Positions 37,567 to 48,000 of a stretch of 64,000 nt of DNA are shown here, in pieces (position 1 is the first letter of the stretch; every line of letters begins with the position of its first letter). The translations under genes were made by a program, and so were the position numbers. The notes below the pieces were generated by a model. That model saw only the letters and a list, made by a program, of their open reading frames with translations. It did not search any database and had not been told where the DNA came from. Source of the DNA: a virus (taxonomy: Duplodnaviria; Heunggongvirae; Uroviricota; Caudoviricetes); IMG/VR virus record IMGVR_UViG_3300033121_001642, positions 1 to 64,000 of that record; one strand, 5' to 3'.

Positions 37567-38216
37567 TTTTTAGGTCGAGATATAAGTTTCCTATAAAGCT
37601 TTGGAAGAAAAAGTTCGTCGGCGAGACAGCTTTTATACTAGGCAACGGTCCTTCTCTTCTTGAAAACGATCTTGGCCTGCTCAAGAACTATTTCACGATA
37701 GGAACAAATCGGGCATACAAAATCGTTTCTCCCTGCATACTTATGTGGCAGGACGAATCTTTGTATGAAGATTGTTTTCGTGACTTAGTTACTCTTGCTT
37801 GCGCGAAATTAACAAGAAAAGAAATAGACAAAGAAGACCTGTTTACTCACTTTAGAATAGAACGGGGCGGTTTTTCTTTTGGAGAAGATCCGGAAGTTTT
37901 ACATGGCGGAGGCTCGACAGCGTGTCTTGCTATACAGCTTGCGGTCTCGATGGGTTTTTCTAAAATCGTTCTTCTTGGTTGTGATTGTTCTTACCGAGGA
38001 GAACAAACCGATTTTTATGGAAAGAACAAAAACCATAGTACGAATACTTTGGCTAATTTTTCTGCCGCAATGGAATGGGTTAGCCGTGAATCACCGATTC
38101 CTATAAGGAATTGTGGCGATGCACCATACTGGTCCAAGATTTCTTTACAGGCAGCTATTGACGATTTTGAACCCAATAAACTTTCTAGACTAGAGTGGCT
38201 GAATAGGTTGACGTAA
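37545..38216 (+). CDS. GNGPS-motif protein, tandem paralog 2
   Basis: FILGNGPSLLEND ... VLLGCDC; ~35% identity to the upstream gene by eye. Confidence 0.6.
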   Translation: MESILVMIFRSRYKFPIKLWKKKFVGETAFILGNGPSLLENDLGLLKNYFTIGTNRAYKIVSPCILMWQDESLYEDCFRDLVTLACAKLTRKEIDKEDLFTHFRIERGGFSFGEDPEVLHGGGSTACLAIQLAVSMGFSKIVLLGCDCSYRGEQTDFYGKNKNHSTNTLANFSAAMEWVSRESPIPIRNCGDAPYWSKISLQAAIDDFEPNKLSRLEWLNRLT

Positions 38217-38217
38217 A

Positions 38218-39372
38218 ATGAACGAACAACAAACAGAAAGTAACAGATTCATTATTGACACTAAAGCTGTCGAGAAGTTTTTGTCTATTCTCGATAAAAA
38301 TGATGATATTTCAATTATTTGCCACGACCAACCAGATCCCGATTGTCTTGCTTCGGCTTTTGCTATTCAGGCTCTTGCTCAATCAAGAGGTAAAAATGCT
38401 GTCATTTATTATGGCGGAGAAATTCCATATACTCAAAACAGCGTCATGATGAATGTTCTTAACATTTCAGCGATTAAGCTAGAGGTTGACGAGGATAATG
38501 AAGAGGAAGAATTAACTCAACAAATAAAAGACAATATTAAGAAAAGCTCCATTATCGTCGTTGATACGAGCGCTGGTTTTGGAAAAGAAAATAATACCGG
38601 GATCTTTGGCTTTCTTGAAAAAGATAGGAAGCCAGACGCCATTATAGATCATCACACAACAAGTCCTTATGTAGACTGTCCTGTGTATATAAACAAGCAG
38701 TACGGCGCTTGTTCGACCATATTGCTTGAAATATTGACGGTATTGGATATTCCAATAAATAAAGGTCTTGCAACGGCTCTCTATCTTGGTATTTCGACCG
38801 ATACTGCGGATCTTAAATCAGAAGGAACCATGCAGAATGATATTGACGCAATGGACTTTCTCAGATCCATCATGGATGTTGAGCTTCTTAGAAAAATTTA
38901 TGACTATCCAAAACCCCTTGCGTTGCTTGAGCTTAGAAGAAAAGCATATTCAAATTTTTGTATTAGCGGCAACAATTTGACCATATCAAACGTTGGTATT
39001 GTTAATCCTCAACAAAGAGCTTTGCTTGCGAAACTTTGCGAAGAAATGCTTGAGGTTGAATCAATAGATAGTGCCCTTGTTATGGGGCTTGTTGACGAAG
39101 GATTTGATAAGCCTAAGTTTTTGATAGCGTCTTTCAGAACAGGGGTTCTTGGTATCAATGTTTCTCAGTTCATTCAAAAGATATTTGGTAAAAAATATGG
39201 CGGCGGACGGCGTGGAGCCGGCGCAGCAAAAGTTCCTCTTGACGATAAGATATCTTCAGTGATTGATTTTGCAAAAAGGCAGGAAAACGGAGTTGCTCGT
39301 ATTGAGCAACTTGTTGCTCCCTTTTTTGAATATTACGCCGACAAGGCGAGAACAGAAAAGAGTAACATATAA
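38218..39372 (+). CDS. DHH/DHHA1 phosphoesterase (NrnA-like)
   Basis: Motif I CHDQPDPDCLAS; DTS; IDHH; DHHA1 GGGRRGAGAA. Confidence 0.75.
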   Translation: MNEQQTESNRFIIDTKAVEKFLSILDKNDDISIICHDQPDPDCLASAFAIQALAQSRGKNAVIYYGGEIPYTQNSVMMNVLNISAIKLEVDEDNEEEELTQQIKDNIKKSSIIVVDTSAGFGKENNTGIFGFLEKDRKPDAIIDHHTTSPYVDCPVYINKQYGACSTILLEILTVLDIPINKGLATALYLGISTDTADLKSEGTMQNDIDAMDFLRSIMDVELLRKIYDYPKPLALLELRRKAYSNFCISGNNLTISNVGIVNPQQRALLAKLCEEMLEVESIDSALVMGLVDEGFDKPKFLIASFRTGVLGINVSQFIQKIFGKKYGGGRRGAGAAKVPLDDKISSVIDFAKRQENGVARIEQLVAPFFEYYADKARTEKSNI

Positions 39373-39373
39373 T

Positions 39374-40720
39374 ATGGATATATCTAAGATCCCCCTTAAG
39401 GACTCAACGTTATTAGAGTTTGCCCATGCATTAATGGCCGCTGAAGGAGACTCCTTTAGAGATAACTACATTAACAATTTTTTCGGAGATACCAAAAAAA
39501 GAACCTCCATTAATTCTGAGGCGATTTCGCCTTATGAACATAGAAAAATACAGGCTATTTGGCAGGAATTCTTCAATAAAGAAGAATGGACGCTAACTGA
39601 ACAGTGCGATTTTTCTTATACAGCAAAAACGCCTGTTGTGAAGTTTGATATAGAAACATCTCCTGACGAATACATTAAAGGCTACAGAGAGGGTTGCCTT
39701 TTTTATAAGAAAGGAAGAAGCAAGCTTTGTGTTCAAATCGTGAGAAATCCCGGAAGAGAAGAATACTCTTATATTATAACAACTTCTGAGACAGATAGTA
39801 AACTGTTGCAAGATCTTAAAAAATATGCTTCTGAGAATAACCTCTATAAGGGTAAGAAGATTGACTGTAGAGGTAATTTTTTAAAGCTCGATAATGTTTC
39901 TTGGGAAGATATTATTCTTCCAGAAAAAACAAAACAAGTTGTTAGGTCTAATATAGAAGAGAATTTCGCCTTAAGAGAGACATTCAAGAAATACGGACTC
40001 TCAGTTAAGAGAGGCATTATTCTTCATGGGGTTCCCGGAACTGGTAAGACAAAGATTTGCAAATGTCTCGCAAGAGAGTCGGGATATAGCGTTCTGTACG
40101 CCTTGCCCTCTGATTTCCCTAATCCAAATTCTATTTCTAGAGTTTGTGAAATAGCAAAAGACCTTGCCCCTTGTCTTCTTATAATTGAAGATATTGATTG
40201 GATTGCTTCTGATAGAGCGAAGGGTGGTTCCGCATTCGTTATGGAGCTTATGAATAAGCTTGACGGTCTTGAATCTTTTGGTGATATTATAACGCTCGGA
40301 ACCACAAATGCTCTTGGAGAGCTTGAGAATGCTATTAAGAATCGACCGGGAAGATTTGATAGAATTATAAGCGTTGATAAGCCCGACGAAGAATGTCGAG
40401 CAAAAATGCTTCTTAAGTTTACAGATAAGTTTGTTGTATCTAAAGCTGTTGATTTTAAAAAACTCGCGTCAGTAACTAGAGGTCTAACTGGCGCTCATAT
40501 GAATGATCTCTGTTTAACTGCTGCCATATTTGCGGTCAAAGATTCTTCTTTTGAAGGAGAAAAACTCCTTCTTGAAAAGAAGCATTTTGATAAAGCAATT
40601 AAGGAAACAAAAGATAAAGATTATTCTACCTATATGGAACAACAAAGCAAGAATAAGGCCATTGGTTTTGCGCAAATGCAGAACCCCCTGTTTGGTGATT
40701 TTTTAGATGATGATTTCTAA
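39374..40720 (+). CDS. AAA+ ATPase, low-GC paralog of 11802..13418
   Basis: ILHGVPGTGKT; LLIIEDIDW; second region of homology NRPGRFDRI; N-domain alignable to the other AAA gene (YKGK..I / KRGxxLxGxxGxGKT). Confidence 0.8.
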   Translation: MDISKIPLKDSTLLEFAHALMAAEGDSFRDNYINNFFGDTKKRTSINSEAISPYEHRKIQAIWQEFFNKEEWTLTEQCDFSYTAKTPVVKFDIETSPDEYIKGYREGCLFYKKGRSKLCVQIVRNPGREEYSYIITTSETDSKLLQDLKKYASENNLYKGKKIDCRGNFLKLDNVSWEDIILPEKTKQVVRSNIEENFALRETFKKYGLSVKRGIILHGVPGTGKTKICKCLARESGYSVLYALPSDFPNPNSISRVCEIAKDLAPCLLIIEDIDWIASDRAKGGSAFVMELMNKLDGLESFGDIITLGTTNALGELENAIKNRPGRFDRIISVDKPDEECRAKMLLKFTDKFVVSKAVDFKKLASVTRGLTGAHMNDLCLTAAIFAVKDSSFEGEKLLLEKKHFDKAIKETKDKDYSTYMEQQSKNKAIGFAQMQNPLFGDFLDDDF

Positions 40721-40773
40721 ATTCTAACAGAAGGAAGACGATTACTATTATTAGAAGTTCTCTTTACGCCGAG

Positions 40774-43700
40774 TTGAATATGGAGAAGAAAATGATTATG
40801 ATGGATACTGATGTTAGCTTAGACGAAGGATCAATTAAGAAGATATATTCGAATCAAGAAGCGCTGGACAAATCGCTTGAATATTTTGGAGGAGACAACT
40901 TAGCTGCGAGCGTGTTTGTTAGCAAGTATGCCCTTAGAGATAATGAAGGTAGAATTCTAGAATCGAATCCAGATCAAATGCATCGTAGGCTCGCCAGAGA
41001 GTTTGCAAGAATAGAGAAGAAATATCCTAATCCTCTTTCAGAACAAGAAATATACGATTATTTTAGGCATTTCAAGTATATTGTACCTCAAGGCTCTCCG
41101 ATGAGCGCAATTGGGAATCCATATCAAGTTCAGTCTTGTTCTAACTGTTTTGTTATACCGTCTCCAGAAGATAGTTATGGCGGTATTTTGAAGACAGATC
41201 AAGAGCAAGCTCAAATTATGAAGCGTCGTGGGGGTGTTGGCTTTGATATTAGCTATATTCGTCCCCGTGGTCTTCAAACAAACAACGCAGCTAGAACAAC
41301 AGACGGTATTGGCGTTTTCATGGAGCGATTCTCTAACACTTGTAGAGAAGTTGCTCAAAATGGCCGTCGAGGCGCTTTGATGTTGACAATCTCGTGTCAT
41401 CATCCTGAGATTAGAACTTTCATAAACATCAAGAAGGACTTGTCTAAGGTCACTGGCGCAAACATTTCTATTCGTTTAACCGACGAGTTTATGAATGCAG
41501 TTAAGAATAAGACGCAAGTTGAGTTGCGTTGGCCTGTTAATTCTAACGAACCAAAGATTAGAGAAATGGTTGATGCTGAATCTCTGTGGAAAGAAATTAT
41601 TGACGCTGCTTGGCAGTCTGCGGAACCTGGTCTTCTTTTCTGGGATACTGCTCAGAAGTTTACTCCTGCTGATATCTATAAAGACTTTGGCTATGAGTCT
41701 CTTTCAACTAATCCATGTGTAACATCTGATACTTGGGTATTAACTTCTGAAGGACCAAGAAGGGTTTGTGATCTTGTTGGACTTCCATTTGACGCTATTG
41801 TTGATGGAATTCGTTATCCTTCTGATATTAGAGGGTTTTGGAAAACCGGAAACAAAAAAACACTTGTAATAACAACAAAAGAAGGATTTAGATTAGAGTG
41901 TACTCCTGAACACAAAGTATTGGTTGCAAGATTTGAAAACAGGAAAAAAATAACAGAATGGAAAGAAGCAAAAGATATTAAGACAGGAGATTTGTTGAAC
42001 CTTGATAATCATTCCCAAATCGCTGAGTGGGATGGTAATGGTATTTTTGAAGAAGGGTATTTGCTTGGATCTCTTATTGGAGACGGATGCATTTGTGGAG
42101 ATACCGCATATCTTTCTTGGTGGGGCGGTACTAAATCTATAATGATGAAGTATGCAGCAGATTTGGCAAATAAAGCCCTAAAGTGTCGTTCTGATTTAGG
42201 GTCAGGATCTTTTGAATCTTCTAGCGCAGAGAAGCATGACAGAACAGGATTTAACTGTAAGGCATTAAAAGAATTGGCAGAAGAGTTTGGTTTAGATAAT
42301 AAGAAAAATATTAGTGACGAGATAGAAAAAGGAAGTTATCAGTTTTACAAAGGCATCCTAATGGGATGGTTTGATGCTGACGGTACTGTTAACTTCAACA
42401 AAGAAAAACAAAGAAATGATGTTAGACTTTGTTCTTCTAATCTTGAAAATCTTTACGCCGCTCAAAGAATGCTTTCTAGAATGGGAATTGTTTCTAAAGT
42501 TTATTGCAATAGAAAAGAAGCAGGAAATAGGCTAATGCCAGACGGCAAGGGAGGAACAAAAGAATATTATTGCCAATCAACTCATGAGCTTGTTATAACA
42601 AAAAATAACATCAAGCTTTTTGCTGACAAAATTGGGTTTGCAGATCCTGACAAAAGCAATAAACTCAATAAAGTTCTTTCTTCTTATGTTAATAGAGGAT
42701 TGTATACAGAAAAATATGTCGCAGAAGTCGTATGCATAAACGAGGGGCAACAGAAAGATGTTTATGATTGTCATATTCCTTCTGTTCATCGTTTCGACGC
42801 AAACGGTATAACAGTTCATAATTGTGGTGAAATTGTCTTGAGCGCATATGATTCTTGTAGATTAATTTGTATCAACTTGCTATCTTTTGTTGGTAACAAG
42901 TTTACAGAAAACTCGTTCCTTGATATAAAAGAATTGGAACGAGTTGCTGAAGTTGCTCAGCGTCTTATGGACGACATGATTGATATTGAGATTGAGCAAA
43001 TTGATAAGATTCTTGCTAAAATTGACTCAGATCCAGAGTCTGACGACGCAAAGTTTGTTGAAAGAAATTTGTGGACAAGGATTAAGCAGGCATGCGTAAA
43101 TGGTCGCAGGACTGGACTTGGGATCACAGCACTTGGCGATGCTCTTGCAGCGCTTGGCGTTCGTTATGGCTCTAAGGAATCTGTTGTTCTTACAGAGAAA
43201 ATGTATCAGGCGCTTGCTATTGGCTCATATAGGGCGTCTTGTGTTATGGCTAAGGAACGAGGAGCCTTTCCTGTCTTTGATCATAAGCTTGAAAAGGACC
43301 ATCCATTCCTTAGCCGTATCTGGGAAGCCGCTCCTGATGTTTATGCTATTTACAAGAAGTATGGTCGCAGGAATATAGCTAATACAACAACCGCTCCTAC
43401 TGGCTCTGTTTCTACGTTGACTCAAACGACTTCTGGCATTGAGCCTGCATATAGCTTGCTGTACAAGCGCCGCAAGAAGATTAATCCTGGCGACGGAACC
43501 AATATTCGCGTTGATTTTGTAGATCAGAAGGGTGATAAGTGGCAAGAGTTTTTTGTTTTCCATCATCAATTCAAAGAATGGATGGATGTTAATGGCTATA
43601 AGATTGATGAAGGCGAAAAAGCGTCAATTAATTCTCATGAAGATTTAAGCTTTTTCAAGAAATCTCCTTATTATAAGGCGACATCAAACGACGTAGACTG

Positions 43701-44421
43701 GTCTGCTAGTGTAGACATTCAGTCTGTTGCTCAGAAATGGATTGATCACGCTATTAGCAAGACCTGTAATCTTCCTAACGATGTTACAAAAGAGCTTGTT
43801 GCTAATGTTTACATGAAGGCCTGGGAAGCTGGTTGTAAGGGTTTTACGGTCTATAGAGACGGCTGTAGAACAGGTGTTCTTGTTTCTGCTTCCGAAAAGA
43901 AGAAAGAGAATATTCAAAAGACAAATGCCCCAAAGAGGCCTCAATCTCTTGATTGCGACATTCATCATACAAAATCTAGAGGCGAAGATTTCTTCGTTCT
44001 TGTTGGGATGTTTGAAGGTCATCCTTATGAAGTTTTTGCCGGAAAGAATGGTTGTATTACATCCCTCAAAAAGGGAACTCTTGTTAAGAAAAAGAGAGGC
44101 GAATATTCTCTTAATGCAGAGGACGGCTCGGTTGTTCAAAATGTTTGTGATCTTTTAACAGACGAGCAGGCTGTTATTACTAGAATGATTAGTTTATCTC
44201 TTCGTCACGGTTCAGACATAACATATGTTGTTGATCAGTTAGAAAAATCTCCTGGTGATATGACAAACTTTGGCAAAGCTATGGCGAGAGTGTTGAAGAA
44301 ATACATTCCTGACGGAACAAAAGCTTCTGGAGCGACATGCCCTAGCTGTTCAAGCTCTAATGTTGTCCGTCTTGAAGGCTGTTTGACTTGCAAAGATTGC
44401 GGACATAGTAAGTGTAGTTAA
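40774..44421 (+). CDS. nrdJ: class II (B12-dependent, monomeric) ribonucleotide reductase NrdJ interrupted by an intein
   Basis: RNR N-terminal ATP-cone-like region; catalytic loop NP|CGEI split by the intein; C-terminal Zn-ribbon CPSCSS..CLTCKDCGHSKC. Confidence 0.9.
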   Translation: MNMEKKMIMMDTDVSLDEGSIKKIYSNQEALDKSLEYFGGDNLAASVFVSKYALRDNEGRILESNPDQMHRRLAREFARIEKKYPNPLSEQEIYDYFRHFKYIVPQGSPMSAIGNPYQVQSCSNCFVIPSPEDSYGGILKTDQEQAQIMKRRGGVGFDISYIRPRGLQTNNAARTTDGIGVFMERFSNTCREVAQNGRRGALMLTISCHHPEIRTFINIKKDLSKVTGANISIRLTDEFMNAVKNKTQVELRWPVNSNEPKIREMVDAESLWKEIIDAAWQSAEPGLLFWDTAQKFTPADIYKDFGYESLSTNPCVTSDTWVLTSEGPRRVCDLVGLPFDAIVDGIRYPSDIRGFWKTGNKKTLVITTKEGFRLECTPEHKVLVARFENRKKITEWKEAKDIKTGDLLNLDNHSQIAEWDGNGIFEEGYLLGSLIGDGCICGDTAYLSWWGGTKSIMMKYAADLANKALKCRSDLGSGSFESSSAEKHDRTGFNCKALKELAEEFGLDNKKNISDEIEKGSYQFYKGILMGWFDADGTVNFNKEKQRNDVRLCSSNLENLYAAQRMLSRMGIVSKVYCNRKEAGNRLMPDGKGGTKEYYCQSTHELVITKNNIKLFADKIGFADPDKSNKLNKVLSSYVNRGLYTEKYVAEVVCINEGQQKDVYDCHIPSVHRFDANGITVHNCGEIVLSAYDSCRLICINLLSFVGNKFTENSFLDIKELERVAEVAQRLMDDMIDIEIEQIDKILAKIDSDPESDDAKFVERNLWTRIKQACVNGRRTGLGITALGDALAALGVRYGSKESVVLTEKMYQALAIGSYRASCVMAKERGAFPVFDHKLEKDHPFLSRIWEAAPDVYAIYKKYGRRNIANTTTAPTGSVSTLTQTTSGIEPAYSLLYKRRKKINPGDGTNIRVDFVDQKGDKWQEFFVFHHQFKEWMDVNGYKIDEGEKASINSHEDLSFFKKSPYYKATSNDVDWSASVDIQSVAQKWIDHAISKTCNLPNDVTKELVANVYMKAWEAGCKGFTVYRDGCRTGVLVSASEKKKENIQKTNAPKRPQSLDCDIHHTKSRGEDFFVLVGMFEGHPYEVFAGKNGCITSLKKGTLVKKKRGEYSLNAEDGSVVQNVCDLLTDEQAVITRMISLSLRHGSDITYVVDQLEKSPGDMTNFGKAMARVLKKYIPDGTKASGATCPSCSSSNVVRLEGCLTCKDCGHSKCS
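41716..42822 (+). mobile_element. Intein (369 aa) with LAGLIDADG homing endonuclease inserted at the RNR catalytic cysteine
   Basis: Begins CVTSDTWVLTSEG, LAGLIDADG LLGSLIGDGC and ILMGWFDADGT, ends ITVHN + C(GEIVL). Confidence 0.85.
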
Positions 44422-44438
44422 AAACAGAAGGATCAATT

Positions 44439-44915
44439 ATGAAGACACAAATTAAGTTTAGAAAGTTAGTTCCTGAGGCTCAAATACCAACAAAAGCTAA
44501 AAATGGAGACGCAGGATTTGATTTAGTAGCAATCGACGATGGCATTGTTGATTCGGAAGGTTTTATACAATATAGAACAGGACTGGCAGTTGAGCCCCTT
44601 CAAGGTGTTCATACGGAAATATGGCCTAGATCTAGCATTAGCAAGTATGACATGGCCTTAGCTAACAGCATCGGTCTTGTAGATAACGGTTATAGAGGAG
44701 AACTTCTTGTTAGATTTAAGCCAACTCTTCGATATAGCCAAATGCCAGACGGAGAGGTTTACGTTACTTTGCCCAAGCCATTTAAGAAATATAAAAAGGG
44801 CGATAAAATCGCTCAACTTGTTGTTTCCATAACCGTGGACGCTTCTTTTATTGAAGTACAAGAGCTTGTTGAGACAACAAGGGGCTCTGGTGGGTTTGGT
44901 TCCTCAGGTAGCTAA
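44439..44915 (+). CDS. dut: dUTPase
   Basis: Motifs AGFDL, RSS, GLVDNGYRGEL, TTRGSGGFGSSG. Confidence 0.9.
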   Translation: MKTQIKFRKLVPEAQIPTKAKNGDAGFDLVAIDDGIVDSEGFIQYRTGLAVEPLQGVHTEIWPRSSISKYDMALANSIGLVDNGYRGELLVRFKPTLRYSQMPDGEVYVTLPKPFKKYKKGDKIAQLVVSITVDASFIEVQELVETTRGSGGFGSSGS

Positions 44916-44953
44916 GGCTTTTTGATCTAGAAAGGGTTTTGAATAGTTTTTTA

Positions 44954-44982
44954 GAACACAGAGAATATCTCTGTGTTCTTAT
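44954..44982 (+). terminator. perfect 10-bp hairpin GAACACAGAG-AATAT-CTCTGTGTTC followed by a T-rich tract; terminator after dut and before the giant gene
   Basis: Read directly. Confidence 0.55.
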
Positions 44983-45042
44983 TGCATTATATTTAGCTTT
45001 AGCGCTACCCGATAATAGTATAGGAACTTTTGGGGGATACGA

Positions 45043-48000
45043 ATGCCATTTAAGTTTTTTGCTAGTTTTGAGTTTACTGGATCGCCAACATCTGAGCAGT
45101 TTAGGTTTGCTTATGGCATGGGCGTTATGAAAAACGTTCAAAGTCCCATATCCAATTATCAAACTCTAACAATTAATAACGACGCAATTAATCAGCATAT
45201 TGATAACGCTATTGCTCAAGGATATGAAGCTATTTGTTGGGACGAGAAAAACCCGAGATTTTATCTTTGGAATTCATCAATGACAGAGGCGGAAAAAGAC
45301 GCCGCTCTTGATTGTTTGGTTGAAATATATACAAAATCTAAGGCAAGAGCTATTCAGCAAGGGAGGCCCGATCTCAAAATTGGTTGGTGCGACATTCCGG
45401 GAGGTCATCCAAATAGCTATAACGCACCGTTGCAGTATACTCAAAGTCCAAGCAATCCTACATATCAGTCCAATTATCAATCATGGATTTCTTGGATGAG
45501 TAGGCTTTCACAGAGATACGTTAATGGGCAATATATCTCTTCTCCATTTTCAAATTGTTGTGATTTTGTTGCTCCAAGTTTGTATATATTTTATGGCAAT
45601 AGTCAATCTCTTATTGATGATTGGAAGATTTTTGCAGGTGTAACCCTTGATCAAATGAGGCTTAGGATAGCCAATGGGAAGCCTATTTATTCTTTTTGTT
45701 CATTTTCGTTTCATCCATCTTTTGTATATGTTGGAACAATGGCAAGCTATAATAATATGTCTCAAATGATTGCTTTATCTAAGCAAAAAGCTGACGGCAT
45801 AATTATGTACGGCGGGGCCAATGCAAGTTATAGATATGACAATTGGTTTTGGAGACCGTCTGGAGCGAACGAGGCAGCAGACTTAACTACTTGGAGAACC
45901 GTAACGAATGGTTCGTTTTCTATAACCATTGCCAATGTAAAACTAAAAATACAAAACATTAACACTTCGTCGGCGGTGTCAATGTCTCAGGTTGCCTCAG
46001 TTTTACAATCTGCAATACAGTCAAAAATTAGTTCTAGACCAAATCCTGCATATGACGGATATTATCCATTTCCTTTAGGGACCGTTACCGTAACATGGTC
46101 TTCTTCCCAAAAAGGCTTCTTGTTCAATATGACAACAAATGGATCTTCTACCCCAATGCCTCCAAACTTCCACAGAGGCTTGTTTACTATTGAGTCAAAA
46201 AATGCTTGGGGAGGGAATATAAGCGGAACGGATTTGGCAATTAGCCAGTTTATAGGAGTTCCAACAACAAATACCGCGGGGTTGCCTGGTAACACACAGT
46301 GGTTATATGGCGGAACTCAAAATAATATGGAATGGAGAGATTATGCTGAAGATCAAGACTGGTGGCAGTCTTATAGCGAAGCGTCTCTGGAAAATTCAGA
46401 GCTAAAAGATTTCAAATATTTTATATCTTCCGCCTATGCGGGTCAGCCTTCTTTTACTAGCTTTGAAACTTATGGAATTAATTTTATAAAAACAGGAGGA
46501 ATAACTCCGTTTGTTGAGAGTTACTCTCAAGCCGCAACAACACTTCTTACAAGTCCTTTAACTATTAGCGACAGCAACATTAATGCTGGAATTCTAGCGT
46601 ATCTTGATCCGTCTCTTGGTAGTAACCAATCATTTTATTATGCATATGATTTAGAGCAGTTTCAATCATATATTGATCCAACATCAAATTCTGATACTGT
46701 TATAGATAACATGCTAGAGTCGTTTAATAGAGCTTATACAAGAACAAAAGAACTTCTTGCGGTTCGTGGTATTAGCGATGTAAAGATAGGTTTTTATTTC
46801 AATCCAAACTTCAAAAGCTATTACGATCCTGTTCTTTACTGGTATACAAAAGGTAATAGTTTAGATTACACAACAAACTATAATACTTGGGTTTCTAAGT
46901 TTAGAAGAGTTAATCTTAGAAAATCAGGCGCAACTTATTATACAAAGAAGTTTTCAGATTATACCGATTTTATAACTTGTGAAGTTTGTCCTTTTTACGG
47001 AGAGCAAGACCCTCTTGATGATATTTACTATAAAGAGAACATTATCCAAGCAGCAAGATATACCGCAGCAAATAAGCCTCTATATGTTTTTTTGAATCCT
47101 TCTTTTCATTTTTCCACTCCTTGGTGTTCAAAGCTCGTAAGCGGAAATTACATGATCAAGATGCTTTCTTGGTGCAAAAGAATTGCTGACGGAGCTATTG
47201 TTCGGTCTGTTTATAGACCAAGCTATAGAAGGGCAAGAATGCGTCATTTTATGACAGCCTCAGGAGGCCCTCCTGCCGTTCCTTCTAAAACTCTTGCTGA
47301 TTGGCAGTCTATCACAAATGGTTGTTTTAATTATTTCGCGCAAGGATATACTAGATCGATTACAGACATTAATTTTTCAATAGCAACGAGCATTGGAGGG
47401 TTGGAATCAACGAGTGTTGCAAACATTATTGAATCAGCAATTAATGCTGATTTGTACTATATAAACAATTTCTTTCCAACCACAACCGCATATCCAAGCT
47501 TGTCATATTCAAGACCATATGAAGTCGGAAGCGTTGTTGTTTCTTATCAATCAAGCGTTTCCAACAACACCCCATTATCTTCAACTCAGGTTCCGTGTTT
47601 TGAGTTTACTTACACAACCCCTTCTATTCAGTCCCCTCCCGATCATAGCTCGTCTGAGGGGCGAGAATTTTTATATTGCTATGGTTATTCAGGATCTTTG
47701 CCTATTGGAGGAACAGATATAGGTTCCGCTCTTTGGATAGGAACATATTATAATACAGATCAAGAATATGATAGCAATGTTTATGCTGGTCAAGATTTTG
47801 ATTCAAATGAATGGTCTAATGGGTGGGTCGTTGGAAATGATTGGTGGCACGCTTTCTCCTCAATGGCAACTTCAGATAAATACACAAGAGATAGATCTAT
47901 AGCTGTTATGGAGAATTTTGGTTCTACAACATCCAATGGCATTATTAGGAGTTTTTCTGGCATGCCAACTGTTCCTCAATTAAAAGCTCAATACAATATT

